A DNA stretch of 52,418 nt, taken from contig JAFGXH010000178.1 in NCBI GenBank assembly GCA_016936735.1, positions 1 through 52,418 of the forward strand, written 5' to 3'. Below the pieces are notes generated by a model that saw nothing but the letters and a program-made list of their open reading frames with translations, ran no database searches and was not told where the DNA came from. Source of the stretch: a bacterium (GTDB lineage Bacteria; UBP6; JAFGXH01). The translations under genes were made by a program, and so were the position numbers. Shown piece after piece: positions 19,546 to 29,494 of this stretch (positions are counted from its first letter, which is position 1; each line of letters opens with the position of its first letter).

Positions 19546-22047
19546 ATGGATAGAGTTAAAAATGTTTGTGTAATAGGCTCTGGAGTTATGGGAGGAGCAA
19601 TTGCTGCCCATTTTGCAAACTGTGGAGTTCAAGTTTCACTTTTGGATATTGTTCCAAAATATACAGAGCAAGATAAAGATGGTGGTATTGATTCAAACTC
19701 AAAAGAGTTTAGAAATCGAATTGCAACAAAAGGATTAGAGGCTCAACTATCTTTAAAACCAGATCCTTTTTATGTTAAAAAATCGGCATCTCTTATCTCT
19801 GTTGGTAATTTAGAGGATGATGTTGATAAAATCACAAAAGCCGATTGGATTATTGAGGTGGTTGTTGAGGCTCTTCATATTAAACACTCTGTTTTTGAAC
19901 TTGTTAGAAAGCATAGAAAAAAAGGTAGTTTTGTAACATCAAATACATCAGGTCTATCAATAAAAAGTATGTTAGAGCCATTTGTTGATGATTTAGAGTT
20001 TCAATCATGTTTTATGGTTACTCACTTTTTTAATCCTGTTAGATATATGTATCTATTAGAGTTGGTTGCTGGAGAGAATACATCTCAAGACACTATGGAT
20101 ACAATATCTCAATTTGGTTCAAAAGTTTTAGGAAAAGGTATTGTTTGGGGAAAAGATACCCCAAATTTTATTGCAAATAGAGTTGGAGTTTATGCAATTA
20201 ATAGAACAATTAATTATGCAATTCAACAGGGCTTAACACTCTCTGATGTTGATAAAATTATGGGACCAGCAACTGGAAGACCAAAATCAGCAGTGTTTCG
20301 TACAGCCGATTTGGTTGGATTGGATACTTTAATTCATGCAACTGAAACTGTTTATCATGGAGCACCAGATGACCCAGAAAGAGATGTTTTTGTTGCACCT
20401 GAGGTTGTTAAAACTCTTGTTAAAAATGGTTCTTTAGGCCAAAAATCGGGAAAAGGATTTTATGAAAAAAGAGGCAAAGAGATTTTTGAGCTTGATTTAA
20501 GAACACTTGAATACCTTCCACCTCAAAAAAAAGAGTTTAAGTCTTTAAAAAAGGGTAAAGCAATCTCTGATGTTGGAAAAAGAGTAAAAGCTATTTTATC
20601 TTATACAGAAAAATTATCATCTGAAAACCTAAAAACAGATGAACAAATCACAAAAGGAGATGATGCCTCAATTTTTGCTTGGTCTGTTTTTAGAGATATT
20701 CTCAGATACTCTGCTTTAATGATTGGAGAGATTGCGGATGATATTGTAAATATTGATAATGCAATGAAATGGGGATTTAATTGGGAGATTGGTCCATTTG
20801 AAACTTGGGATGCAATTGGTGTTAGAGATGTTGTTGAAAGAATGAAAAATGATGAATTAGAGATTCCTGAGACTGTTTTAGAACTTTTAAAACATGGAGA
20901 ATCTTTCTATAAAAAAGAGGGAGTTGTTCAACAATATTTCGATTTTAATACAAAATCATATAAGCCTATTCCAGAGATTCCTAATGCTCTTGTTTTATCA
21001 AATATCAAAGAGACAAAAGAGGCTATTTATAAAAACAGTAGTGCAACAATTCATGATATTGGTGATGATGTTTTAGCTCTTGAGTTTCATACTAAAATGA
21101 ATGCTATTGATACTGATATTATAAATTCACAATTCAAACTATTAGAGTTAGCAGAATCAAGAGGTGCAAAAGGGGTTGTTGTTTATAATGATGGAGAACA
21201 TTTCTCTGCTGGTGCAAATTTAATGCAGATTTTAATGGCTGTTAACACTAAAAAATGGGATGATATTGAGAAAATGGTTCATGATTTTCAATATGCCAAT
21301 AAAGCTTTTAAATTTGCCTCTTTTCCTGTTGTTGTGGCAACTCACTCTTTAACTCTTGGTGGTGGTTGTGAGATAGCAATGCATGGAACACATGTAAGAA
21401 CACTTGGTGAAACCTACATGGGATTAGTTGAAGTTGGTGTTGGTGTTATTCCTGGTGGTGGCGGAACAAAAGAGCTTCTATTTAAAAATCGTGATTTATG
21501 GCACAGAAAACAACAAAGTAAAGTTGGAGAGGAGTATCCTAAAATGTGGGATCCTTGGAGAGGTTCTATTCCTGGACCAATGTTTCCTGTGATTAAAAGT
21601 TTTGAAGTTATTGGAATGGCAAAAATTGCAACAAGTGGTCCTGAGGCAGTTTTAACAGGCTATCTAAAAAAAGAGACAACTCGACTTACAACAAATAAAG
21701 CATATCTTCTTGCAGATGCAAAAAATGATGTTTTAGAGTACTCTAAAAATTTTGTTAAAAACAGTGAATCACTAATATATCTTCCTGGGGCAGATACTGT
21801 TCAAACAGCAATAAAAATGAATATTGAGGAGTTAGATGCCAAAGGTTTAGTAACACCTCATGATAAAATTGTTGCAATGGAGTTGGCTTATGTTATGGGT
21901 GGAGGAAAAACAACATACTCAAAAGGGTTATCTGAAGATAATTTATTAGACCTTGAAAGAGAGGCTTTTATGAAACTTCTTGGAACAAAAGGGACTCAAG
22001 AGCGAATTGCACACATGCTTCAAACAGGAAAACCACTTAGAAACTAA
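19546..22047 (+). CDS. fadN: bifunctional 3-hydroxyacyl-CoA dehydrogenase / enoyl-CoA hydratase, dehydrogenase-first (FadN-type) architecture
   Basis: 833 aa. N-terminal NAD fold VCVIGSGVMGGAIA plus 3HCDH core. C-terminal crotonase fold (HFSAGANL, GGGCEIAMHG). Domain order is the reverse of E. coli FadB. Confidence 0.8.
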   Translation: MDRVKNVCVIGSGVMGGAIAAHFANCGVQVSLLDIVPKYTEQDKDGGIDSNSKEFRNRIATKGLEAQLSLKPDPFYVKKSASLISVGNLEDDVDKITKADWIIEVVVEALHIKHSVFELVRKHRKKGSFVTSNTSGLSIKSMLEPFVDDLEFQSCFMVTHFFNPVRYMYLLELVAGENTSQDTMDTISQFGSKVLGKGIVWGKDTPNFIANRVGVYAINRTINYAIQQGLTLSDVDKIMGPATGRPKSAVFRTADLVGLDTLIHATETVYHGAPDDPERDVFVAPEVVKTLVKNGSLGQKSGKGFYEKRGKEIFELDLRTLEYLPPQKKEFKSLKKGKAISDVGKRVKAILSYTEKLSSENLKTDEQITKGDDASIFAWSVFRDILRYSALMIGEIADDIVNIDNAMKWGFNWEIGPFETWDAIGVRDVVERMKNDELEIPETVLELLKHGESFYKKEGVVQQYFDFNTKSYKPIPEIPNALVLSNIKETKEAIYKNSSATIHDIGDDVLALEFHTKMNAIDTDIINSQFKLLELAESRGAKGVVVYNDGEHFSAGANLMQILMAVNTKKWDDIEKMVHDFQYANKAFKFASFPVVVATHSLTLGGGCEIAMHGTHVRTLGETYMGLVEVGVGVIPGGGGTKELLFKNRDLWHRKQQSKVGEEYPKMWDPWRGSIPGPMFPVIKSFEVIGMAKIATSGPEAVLTGYLKKETTRLTTNKAYLLADAKNDVLEYSKNFVKNSESLIYLPGADTVQTAIKMNIEELDAKGLVTPHDKIVAMELAYVMGGGKTTYSKGLSEDNLLDLEREAFMKLLGTKGTQERIAHMLQTGKPLRN

Positions 22048-22129
22048 ATTATAAATTAAAAGAGCCCTTTTTATATCTTTTTTAAATAAATCACATAAAA
22101 TATGATTATCAAATTAACAAAAAATGGTT

Positions 22130-23317
<1,188 letters not shown>

Positions 23318-23386
23318 TTAATTTTAATGAGATTTAAAAAATAGTAGAGTTTAGAAAAATTTAACTTTTTTAAAAAGCACTAATTA

Positions 23387-24283
23387 TTAATGTTTGTCTC
23401 GTTTATTTGGATGATTCATTTTTAAAGGTTTTTTTGTTGGAGCCTTTGGGTTTCGATCAAATGTTCTAGCTCTTTCTGGTTTTACCTTCTCTTTTGAAGA
23501 GCTCTGTTTTTTAGGAGAAGTCTCATACCAGTTATCTTCATCATAGAACTCATCACCAAACTCATCATCTTTATTTTTTCTGAATCTATCATCAGCTTTT
23601 GCAACAAGCTTTTTCAATTTGTCAGTTTTTTCAAACCCTTTATATCCATCTTTTGAACCCTTCTTATCAAAAGAGTCACTATATTTTTTGTTTCTATCAT
23701 CATAACTAGTCGAGTTTTTTTTATCTTTATGAAAATCATTTTTATTTCCATAAGAGCTTTGTTTATTAAACTCTTTTTTCTCAAATCTATTATCCTTTGA
23801 GTAATCATTCTTGTTTTCATAAGAGTTATGTTTATTAAACTCTTTTTTTTCAAATCTGTTATCCTTTGAGTAATCATTCTTGTTTTCATAAGAGTTATGT
23901 TTATTAAACTCTTTTTTCTCAAATCTGTTATCCTTTGAGTAATCATCTTTTTGTAAAAGTTGAGTTATCTCATCAAGTATAAGTAGAATATCTTTTTGAT
24001 CATGAAATGTGATATATTTTTGGTCAAGAGCTATAGTTAGAATTGTTGATACTTTTCTAATCCAATTCTCTGTTTCTAATTTTGATAAATTTGACTCATC
24101 AGAAACAGATAAAAAAAGTGAAATAGCAACACTTTTAAAGTGGTCAGATAGAATTTGATCACTTTTAAATCCATCTCTTCTTATAAATTGATAAGTCATA
24201 TTCACAAGAGCTCTTGCTCTCTCCCAAGCTCTTGAATTTTTTGTTCTTTTTTCGTTCATTAATGCCTCACACAATAGTTTCAC
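23387..24283 (-). CDS. four-helix-bundle-like N-terminal domain fused to a charged, repeat-containing disordered tail
   Basis: 298 aa. Residues about 15-110 resemble the small four-helix-bundle (23S rRNA IVS protein-like) family. The rest is K/D/N/E/S-rich with three 23-aa tandem repeats, DYSKDNRFEKKEFNKHNSYENKN. Confidence 0.5.
   Translation of the reverse strand: MKLLCEALMNEKRTKNSRAWERARALVNMTYQFIRRDGFKSDQILSDHFKSVAISLFLSVSDESNLSKLETENWIRKVSTILTIALDQKYITFHDQKDILLILDEITQLLQKDDYSKDNRFEKKEFNKHNSYENKNDYSKDNRFEKKEFNKHNSYENKNDYSKDNRFEKKEFNKQSSYGNKNDFHKDKKNSTSYDDRNKKYSDSFDKKGSKDGYKGFEKTDKLKKLVAKADDRFRKNKDDEFGDEFYDEDNWYETSPKKQSSSKEKVKPERARTFDRNPKAPTKKPLKMNHPNKRDKH
23738..23944 (-). repeat. 69-bp tandem repeat x3 inside the CDS
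   Basis: Three consecutive in-frame 69-bp units. Copies 1 and 2 are nearly identical at the DNA level (1 difference seen). Copy 3 is diverged (KHNSYE -> KQSSYG). Confidence 0.85.
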
Positions 24284-24455
24284 ATGATAATATTGTTTTA
24301 TATTAAAAGCAAGTCTATTTTTTAATTAATATTTTTATTTTGTAAAAAATAGAGGTTTAGTTATGTTTTTCATATTAATTATTTTATAAAATCTGGTTAT
24401 TAAAATTAATCTATTAACCAAATGATAAAAATAGAGTCTATGTAATTTATATTTT

Positions 24456-24520
24456 GTTGATTTTGCAACTAAATAGTTGATTTTGCAACTAAATAGTTGA
24501 CAATGCAACTAAATAGTTGT
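24456..24520 (+). repeat. three tandem 20-bp repeats, each carrying the 14-bp palindrome CAACTAAATAGTTG (putative MarR operators)
   Basis: GTTGATTTTGCAACTAAATA x2, then GTTGACAATGCAACTAAATA, then GTTGT. Palindromes are at 24466-24479, 24486-24499 and 24506-24519. Confidence 0.8.
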
Positions 24521-24525
24521 ATATT
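24497..24525 (+). promoter_or_regulatory. sigma70 promoter of the marR-RND efflux operon
   Basis: TTGACA (24497-24502), 17-nt spacer, TATATT (24520-24525). The third palindrome fills the spacer. Confidence 0.65.
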
Positions 24526-24528
24526 TGC

Positions 24529-24556
24529 TTTAAGATAGATTTAAATCTATCTTAAA
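24529..24556 (+). promoter_or_regulatory. perfect 28-bp palindrome at or just after the predicted transcription start
   Basis: TTTAAGATAGATTT|AAATCTATCTTAAA with 14/14 complementary positions checked by hand. It extends to 24526-24560 with one bulged A. Confidence 0.7.
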
Positions 24557-24588
24557 AGCACCATTTTAACTATTTTAAGAGAGGATAT

Positions 24589-25047
24589 ATGTTTTCTGAT
24601 GAGATTAGACAAAAAAAACAGATTGGAAGGAGTTTATGTGTTTTAATGAAAGCAACAAAAAGTTTTATTCATGAAAATCATATAAATTTAGATATATCAT
24701 CTGGACAAATGCCTGTATTAAGTTTTTTAATTGATGAGAATGATGTTGTTGTTTCTCAGGAAACAATTAGAGCTGCTTTGGGCTTTGATAAGGCAACAAT
24801 AACAAGAGCTGTTAAAACTCTCTATGATTTAGGGTATTTAAATAAAGAGAGAGATAGAAAAGATAAACGAGCTTTTAATTTATCATTAACAGATAAGGGA
24901 AAATCATTTAAATTAGAGGTTTTTAGAATAATGAAAAGTTGGAGTGATATTATGTATAAAGATATTTCTCAAGATGAAATAGATTCATTAGACAAAATAT
25001 TATCAAAAATGTTGCAAAATGTAAAAAATTATCAAGATGAACGATAA
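24589..25047 (+). CDS. MarR-family transcriptional regulator
   Basis: 152 aa. Winged-HTH pattern ...SQETIRAALGFDKATITRAVKTLYDLGYLNKERDRKDKRAFNLSLTDKG, typical of MarR. GAGAGG RBS. Confidence 0.8.
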   Translation: MFSDEIRQKKQIGRSLCVLMKATKSFIHENHINLDISSGQMPVLSFLIDENDVVVSQETIRAALGFDKATITRAVKTLYDLGYLNKERDRKDKRAFNLSLTDKGKSFKLEVFRIMKSWSDIMYKDISQDEIDSLDKILSKMLQNVKNYQDER

Positions 25048-25082
25048 TTTAATTTATAAAAATCATTAAATAAGGAGTTTTG

Positions 25083-26234
25083 ATGAGTATTATCAAACTA
25101 GCAAAAATAGTATTTTTTAATGTTATTATTCCAATAACTCTTGTATTTGGTGGAGTTACAGCTTTTCAAAAAATGAAAGCAAGTAGACCCAAACCAAAAA
25201 AAATAGCAATTGATAAAAAAATTCCAATAGTAAAAGTTGAGAATTTTCAACCAATGAAAAAACAGATTGAGGTGAAGGAGTTTGGTTCAATATATATGCC
25301 AGATGAGATAGAGGTTTTGGCAAAAGTCTCTGGAGATTTGGTAAAACTTTCTGAAAAAGTATATTTAGGAGGAGAGTTAAAAAAAGGGGATATAATAGCA
25401 ATAATAGAACAAACAGATTATAAACTTGCTTTAGAATCTGCGGAAGCAGATGTTTTAAACAAAAAAACACTCCTTTTACAACAAGAGGAGGAGGGAAAAA
25501 TTGCAAAAGCGGAGTGGGAACTATATAAATCAAAAAATAGTAATGCTGAACCATCACAATTGCGATTAAAAATACCTCAAATTGAGTCTGCAAAAGCCAA
25601 TTTGAAAGCATCTGAAGCAAATTTAAAAAAAGCAAAAGTTAATCTTGAAAGAACAATAATAAAAGCACCCTTTGATGCAAAAATATCACAAAAATATGCA
25701 ACACAAGGGCAATTTCTATCAATTGGGTCAAAAATTGTAAAACTTCAAAGTCAAGAGAATATATATATTAAACTCCAATTAAAAGAGAGTGATATGGCTC
25801 TTTTAAATAATATTCTAAATAATAAGGATGCAGTTAATGTTTTAGTCTCAACAAAATTTGCCAACAAATTAGTTGAAAAAAAAGGGAAAATTCTATCAAT
25901 TGGTGCTGAATTAGACTCTATTACAAAAATGATTCAAGTTATTATTGAAATCGAAAACAGCACAAAAGAGGACTCATTTCCTTTAGTCTCTGGAATGTAT
26001 TCAGAAGTTACAATTTTTGGAGATATATTTGAAAATCTTTTTGTTTTAAAAGAGGATTATATTAAACAAAATAGAGTCTATATTTATAATAATGGAATAC
26101 TCCAAATTAAAGATATAGATGTGATTTATCAGAATGGAAATGATGTATTTATAAAAGGAATATCTCAGAATGATAAAATAATAACAACTCAAATTATTGA
26201 TGCTGTTAATGGAATGAAATTAGAGATTGAATAA
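25083..26234 (+). CDS. efflux RND periplasmic adaptor (HlyD/MFP family)
   Basis: N-terminal TM anchor, a coiled-coil segment (LKASEANLKKAKVNLERTIIKAPFDAKI) and a beta-barrel C-terminus. GGAG is 5 nt before the ATG at 25083; the TTG at 25080 is also possible. Confidence 0.8.
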   Translation: MSIIKLAKIVFFNVIIPITLVFGGVTAFQKMKASRPKPKKIAIDKKIPIVKVENFQPMKKQIEVKEFGSIYMPDEIEVLAKVSGDLVKLSEKVYLGGELKKGDIIAIIEQTDYKLALESAEADVLNKKTLLLQQEEEGKIAKAEWELYKSKNSNAEPSQLRLKIPQIESAKANLKASEANLKKAKVNLERTIIKAPFDAKISQKYATQGQFLSIGSKIVKLQSQENIYIKLQLKESDMALLNNILNNKDAVNVLVSTKFANKLVEKKGKILSIGAELDSITKMIQVIIEIENSTKEDSFPLVSGMYSEVTIFGDIFENLFVLKEDYIKQNRVYIYNNGILQIKDIDVIYQNGNDVFIKGISQNDKIITTQIIDAVNGMKLEIE

Positions 26235-26305
26235 AATAGTATATTTAGTTACTACTTTATTCGAAATGTTCCACGTGAAACATTGTATATTTTATTGGAG
26301 ATAGA

Positions 26306-29300
26306 ATGAAAAAAGCTATAGAGTGGATGGTTGATAATCATGTAACAGTCAACCTTGTTATGTTAATGATAATTTTTGCAGGTTTTATCTCTATTAAATC
26401 TGCAAATCAGGAGATATTTCCTGAAATACCACTTGATACAATCACAATTCAGGTTGTTTATCGAGGAGCAACACCAGAGGATATAGAGGAATCAATTGTA
26501 TCTAAAATAGAGGAGGCAGTATCTGATGTTGTTGGAATAGAACAGATAACCTCAACATCTTCAGAAGGGGTTGGTGTTGTTGTTGCTCAACTTGAATTAG
26601 GAGCTGATGTATCTGTTGTTAAAGATAGAATTGAAACACAAGTAAATAGAATTTTGACATTTCCAACAGATGCAGAGAGACCTATTATAACACAAAACAT
26701 TAGAACAGATAATGTTATTAGAATTGCAATTTTAGGTGAACTAAATTTTGATGAGATGAAAAAACTTGCAGAAAGGGTAAAAGATGATCTTACTTCAATG
26801 AGTACAATATCGCAAGTTTCAATTAGTGGAATTAAAAATTATGAGATATCAATAGAGATTTCAGAAGAGAAACTAAAATATTACGGATTAAAATTCTCTG
26901 ATATCTCAAATGCAATAAAAACAGCCTCTTTAGATATGCCAGCAGGAAAAATAAAAAGAAAAAATGAGGAGATTTTATTAAGAACAAAAGGATTAAAATA
27001 TAATGCAGATGAGTATAAAAATATTGTAATAAAAAAATCTACATCAGGAACAACTCTTAAATTAAAAGATATTGCAACAATAAAAGATGATTTTGAAGAT
27101 TCTGATCTTTATTCATATTTTAATGGAAAACCTGCTGTTATGATTGATGTTGCAAGAACAGGAGATCAAAAACCATTAGCTATTTCAGAGGCAGTCTATA
27201 ATTATATTGAATCTATTAAAAGTGAATTACCATCTGGTGTGACAATTGAGACTTGGAATGATAGATCTACAATTCTAAGAGCTCGTCTTGATTTAATGTT
27301 AAAAAATGCTGCTTGGGGTTTTATATTTGTTCTATTATCTTTAACTCTATTTCTGGATTTACGATTAGCATTATGGGTTTCATCAGGTATTATAATATCA
27401 TTTATGGGAGGATTTTTCATAATGTATCTGGCTGGTGTAACAATTAATATGATGTCACTATTTGCATTTATTGTTGTATTGGGAATTGTTGTTGATGATG
27501 CAATTGTTGTTGGTGAAGATGTTTATTCAAATAGGGAGAATGGAGTTCCTCCAAGAGAGGCATCAAAAAGAGCAACAACAAGAATTGCTGTTCCTGTTAT
27601 ATTTGCTGTTTTAACAACAGTTGCAACATTCTCTCCTCTTCTTTTTACAGCTGGTAATATGGGAAAAATAATGGCTGTAATTCCAATTATTGTAATTGGT
27701 GTATTAATGATTTCACTATTTGAATCTTTATTCATTCTACCAGCTCATCTTTCAACAATAAAACTTGAATCAAATACACTTCTTACAAAAGGCTCTGCAA
27801 TAATAACAAAAAAAGTGGATATTGGATTAAAATTTTTTATAAATAAAATACTTGGACCTACTGTTGAATTAGCAATAAAATTTAAATATATTGTTTTGGC
27901 AATGTTTATATTGGTTTTTATTGTTTCAGTAGGTCTTTTTGTTGGTGGTTCAGTTAAATTTGTATTTTTTCCAGAGATTGAGGGAGATAATGCTGTTGCA
28001 TATTTAACAATGCCACAAGGCTCAACTTTAGAGAATACAAAGAGAATTGTTGATAGGATTCTGAGTGCATCTGAAAAAACAAAAGAGGAGTTTGAGAAAA
28101 AATTTCCTCAACACAAAGGGGAAATATTTAAAAATATTTTTGTGTCAATTGGAGACCAACCATCAACAAGACGTGGCCCTAATGCAAATACAATAACAAC
28201 ATCTAATCCATCAGTTGCAGAGATTAACATTGAACTTTTAGCTTCAGAAAAGCGAAAATTTTCTGCAATGGAGATAATCTCTTCATGGAAAAAAAATATT
28301 GGTAAGCTAGCAGGAATTGATAATCTACAATTTCAAAGTACTCTTATGAGTGCAGGAGATGCTATATCTGTTAATATTCTTGGATCAGATTTTGATAATT
28401 TAGGAAAGGCATCTGAAGAGATTAAAGAGAAACTATTAAGTTATAATGGTGTTTACAATATAAAAGATAATTTTAATGAGGGAAAACTAGAGATTAAATT
28501 TAAACTAAAAGAGAGTGCAAAAAGATTGGGTATTAAATTATCTGATATTGCACAAGAGTTAAGATATGGATTTTATGGTGATGAGGTTTTAAGAGTTCAA
28601 AGAGGAAAAGATGAGGTAAAAATAAGAGTTTGGTATCCCAAATCTGAAAGAGATTCCATTGATAATATTAAAAAAATGAGAATTAGAACACAAACAGGAG
28701 TAGAGATTCCTCTTAGTGAGGTATCTGAATTTACAATTGAAAATGGATACTCATCAATAACTAGAGTTAATGGTAAAAAAGTTATTGGTGTTACTGCAAG
28801 TGTTGATGAATCAATTGCCAATGCAGATGAGATAAATAAAGATTTAAGACAGTATCTTGATAATGTTGTTAAAAGAAAATATTATGGAATCTCATTTGAT
28901 TATGAGGGAGCACAAAAAGAGAGACAAAAATCGATGAAATCTCTTTTAAGTAATTTTCTTATAGCACTATTTGCTGTTTATGTTCTTTTAGCAATACCAT
29001 TTAAATCATACTCTCAACCATTTATTATTATGCTATCTATTCCCTTTGGTATTGTTGGTTCCATCATTGCCCACTATTTTCTTGGTTATCATTTCTCATT
29101 CATGAGTGCAATTGGAGTAGTAGCATTATCTGGAGTTGTTGTTAATGATGCTTTAGTTCTTGTTGACTATATAAATGAGCTTTTTTCACAAGAGAAAAAT
29201 CTTACAAAAAAAAGAAAAGAGGAGCTTGTTGTTGCAGCAGTAAAACGTAGATTTAGACCAATTCTTTTAACATCATTAACAACATTTTTAGGTCTAGCTC

Positions 29301-29494
29301 CAATGATACTTGAAAAAAGTATCCAAGCTAAATTTTTAATTCCAATGGCAATTAGTTTAGGTTTCGGAATTCTATTTACAACAATTATTACTCTATATTT
29401 AATACCAATCGGAGTTTTAATTTCTGATAGTGTTATATCTATTTTCAAAAAAGATGAGAAAAATGAGGAGGTATTAGATGAAATACAGTGCTAA
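26306..29494 (+). CDS. RND (AcrB/AcrD/AcrF family) efflux permease
   Basis: 1062 aa with 12-TM architecture and two large periplasmic loops. Conserved GIVVDDAIVVGE and GVVVNDALVLVD motifs in TM4/TM10. Confidence 0.9.
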   Translation: MKKAIEWMVDNHVTVNLVMLMIIFAGFISIKSANQEIFPEIPLDTITIQVVYRGATPEDIEESIVSKIEEAVSDVVGIEQITSTSSEGVGVVVAQLELGADVSVVKDRIETQVNRILTFPTDAERPIITQNIRTDNVIRIAILGELNFDEMKKLAERVKDDLTSMSTISQVSISGIKNYEISIEISEEKLKYYGLKFSDISNAIKTASLDMPAGKIKRKNEEILLRTKGLKYNADEYKNIVIKKSTSGTTLKLKDIATIKDDFEDSDLYSYFNGKPAVMIDVARTGDQKPLAISEAVYNYIESIKSELPSGVTIETWNDRSTILRARLDLMLKNAAWGFIFVLLSLTLFLDLRLALWVSSGIIISFMGGFFIMYLAGVTINMMSLFAFIVVLGIVVDDAIVVGEDVYSNRENGVPPREASKRATTRIAVPVIFAVLTTVATFSPLLFTAGNMGKIMAVIPIIVIGVLMISLFESLFILPAHLSTIKLESNTLLTKGSAIITKKVDIGLKFFINKILGPTVELAIKFKYIVLAMFILVFIVSVGLFVGGSVKFVFFPEIEGDNAVAYLTMPQGSTLENTKRIVDRILSASEKTKEEFEKKFPQHKGEIFKNIFVSIGDQPSTRRGPNANTITTSNPSVAEINIELLASEKRKFSAMEIISSWKKNIGKLAGIDNLQFQSTLMSAGDAISVNILGSDFDNLGKASEEIKEKLLSYNGVYNIKDNFNEGKLEIKFKLKESAKRLGIKLSDIAQELRYGFYGDEVLRVQRGKDEVKIRVWYPKSERDSIDNIKKMRIRTQTGVEIPLSEVSEFTIENGYSSITRVNGKKVIGVTASVDESIANADEINKDLRQYLDNVVKRKYYGISFDYEGAQKERQKSMKSLLSNFLIALFAVYVLLAIPFKSYSQPFIIMLSIPFGIVGSIIAHYFLGYHFSFMSAIGVVALSGVVVNDALVLVDYINELFSQEKNLTKKRKEELVVAAVKRRFRPILLTSLTTFLGLAPMILEKSIQAKFLIPMAISLGFGILFTTIITLYLIPIGVLISDSVISIFKKDEKNEEVLDEIQC

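Noticed and set aside
24456-24520. Possible CRISPR array (regular 20-bp repeats)
   Set aside because: There are only three directly abutting units with no spacers, and no cas genes. The units overlap a promoter, and each contains an operator-like palindrome.
25156-25635. 159-aa antisense ORF inside the RND adaptor gene, and the many 60-110-aa ORFs in the track that lie opposite or inside confident genes
   Set aside because: All are embedded in better-supported CDSs. They lack RBSs and translate to Leu/Phe/Ile-rich low-complexity strings typical of AT-rich noise.
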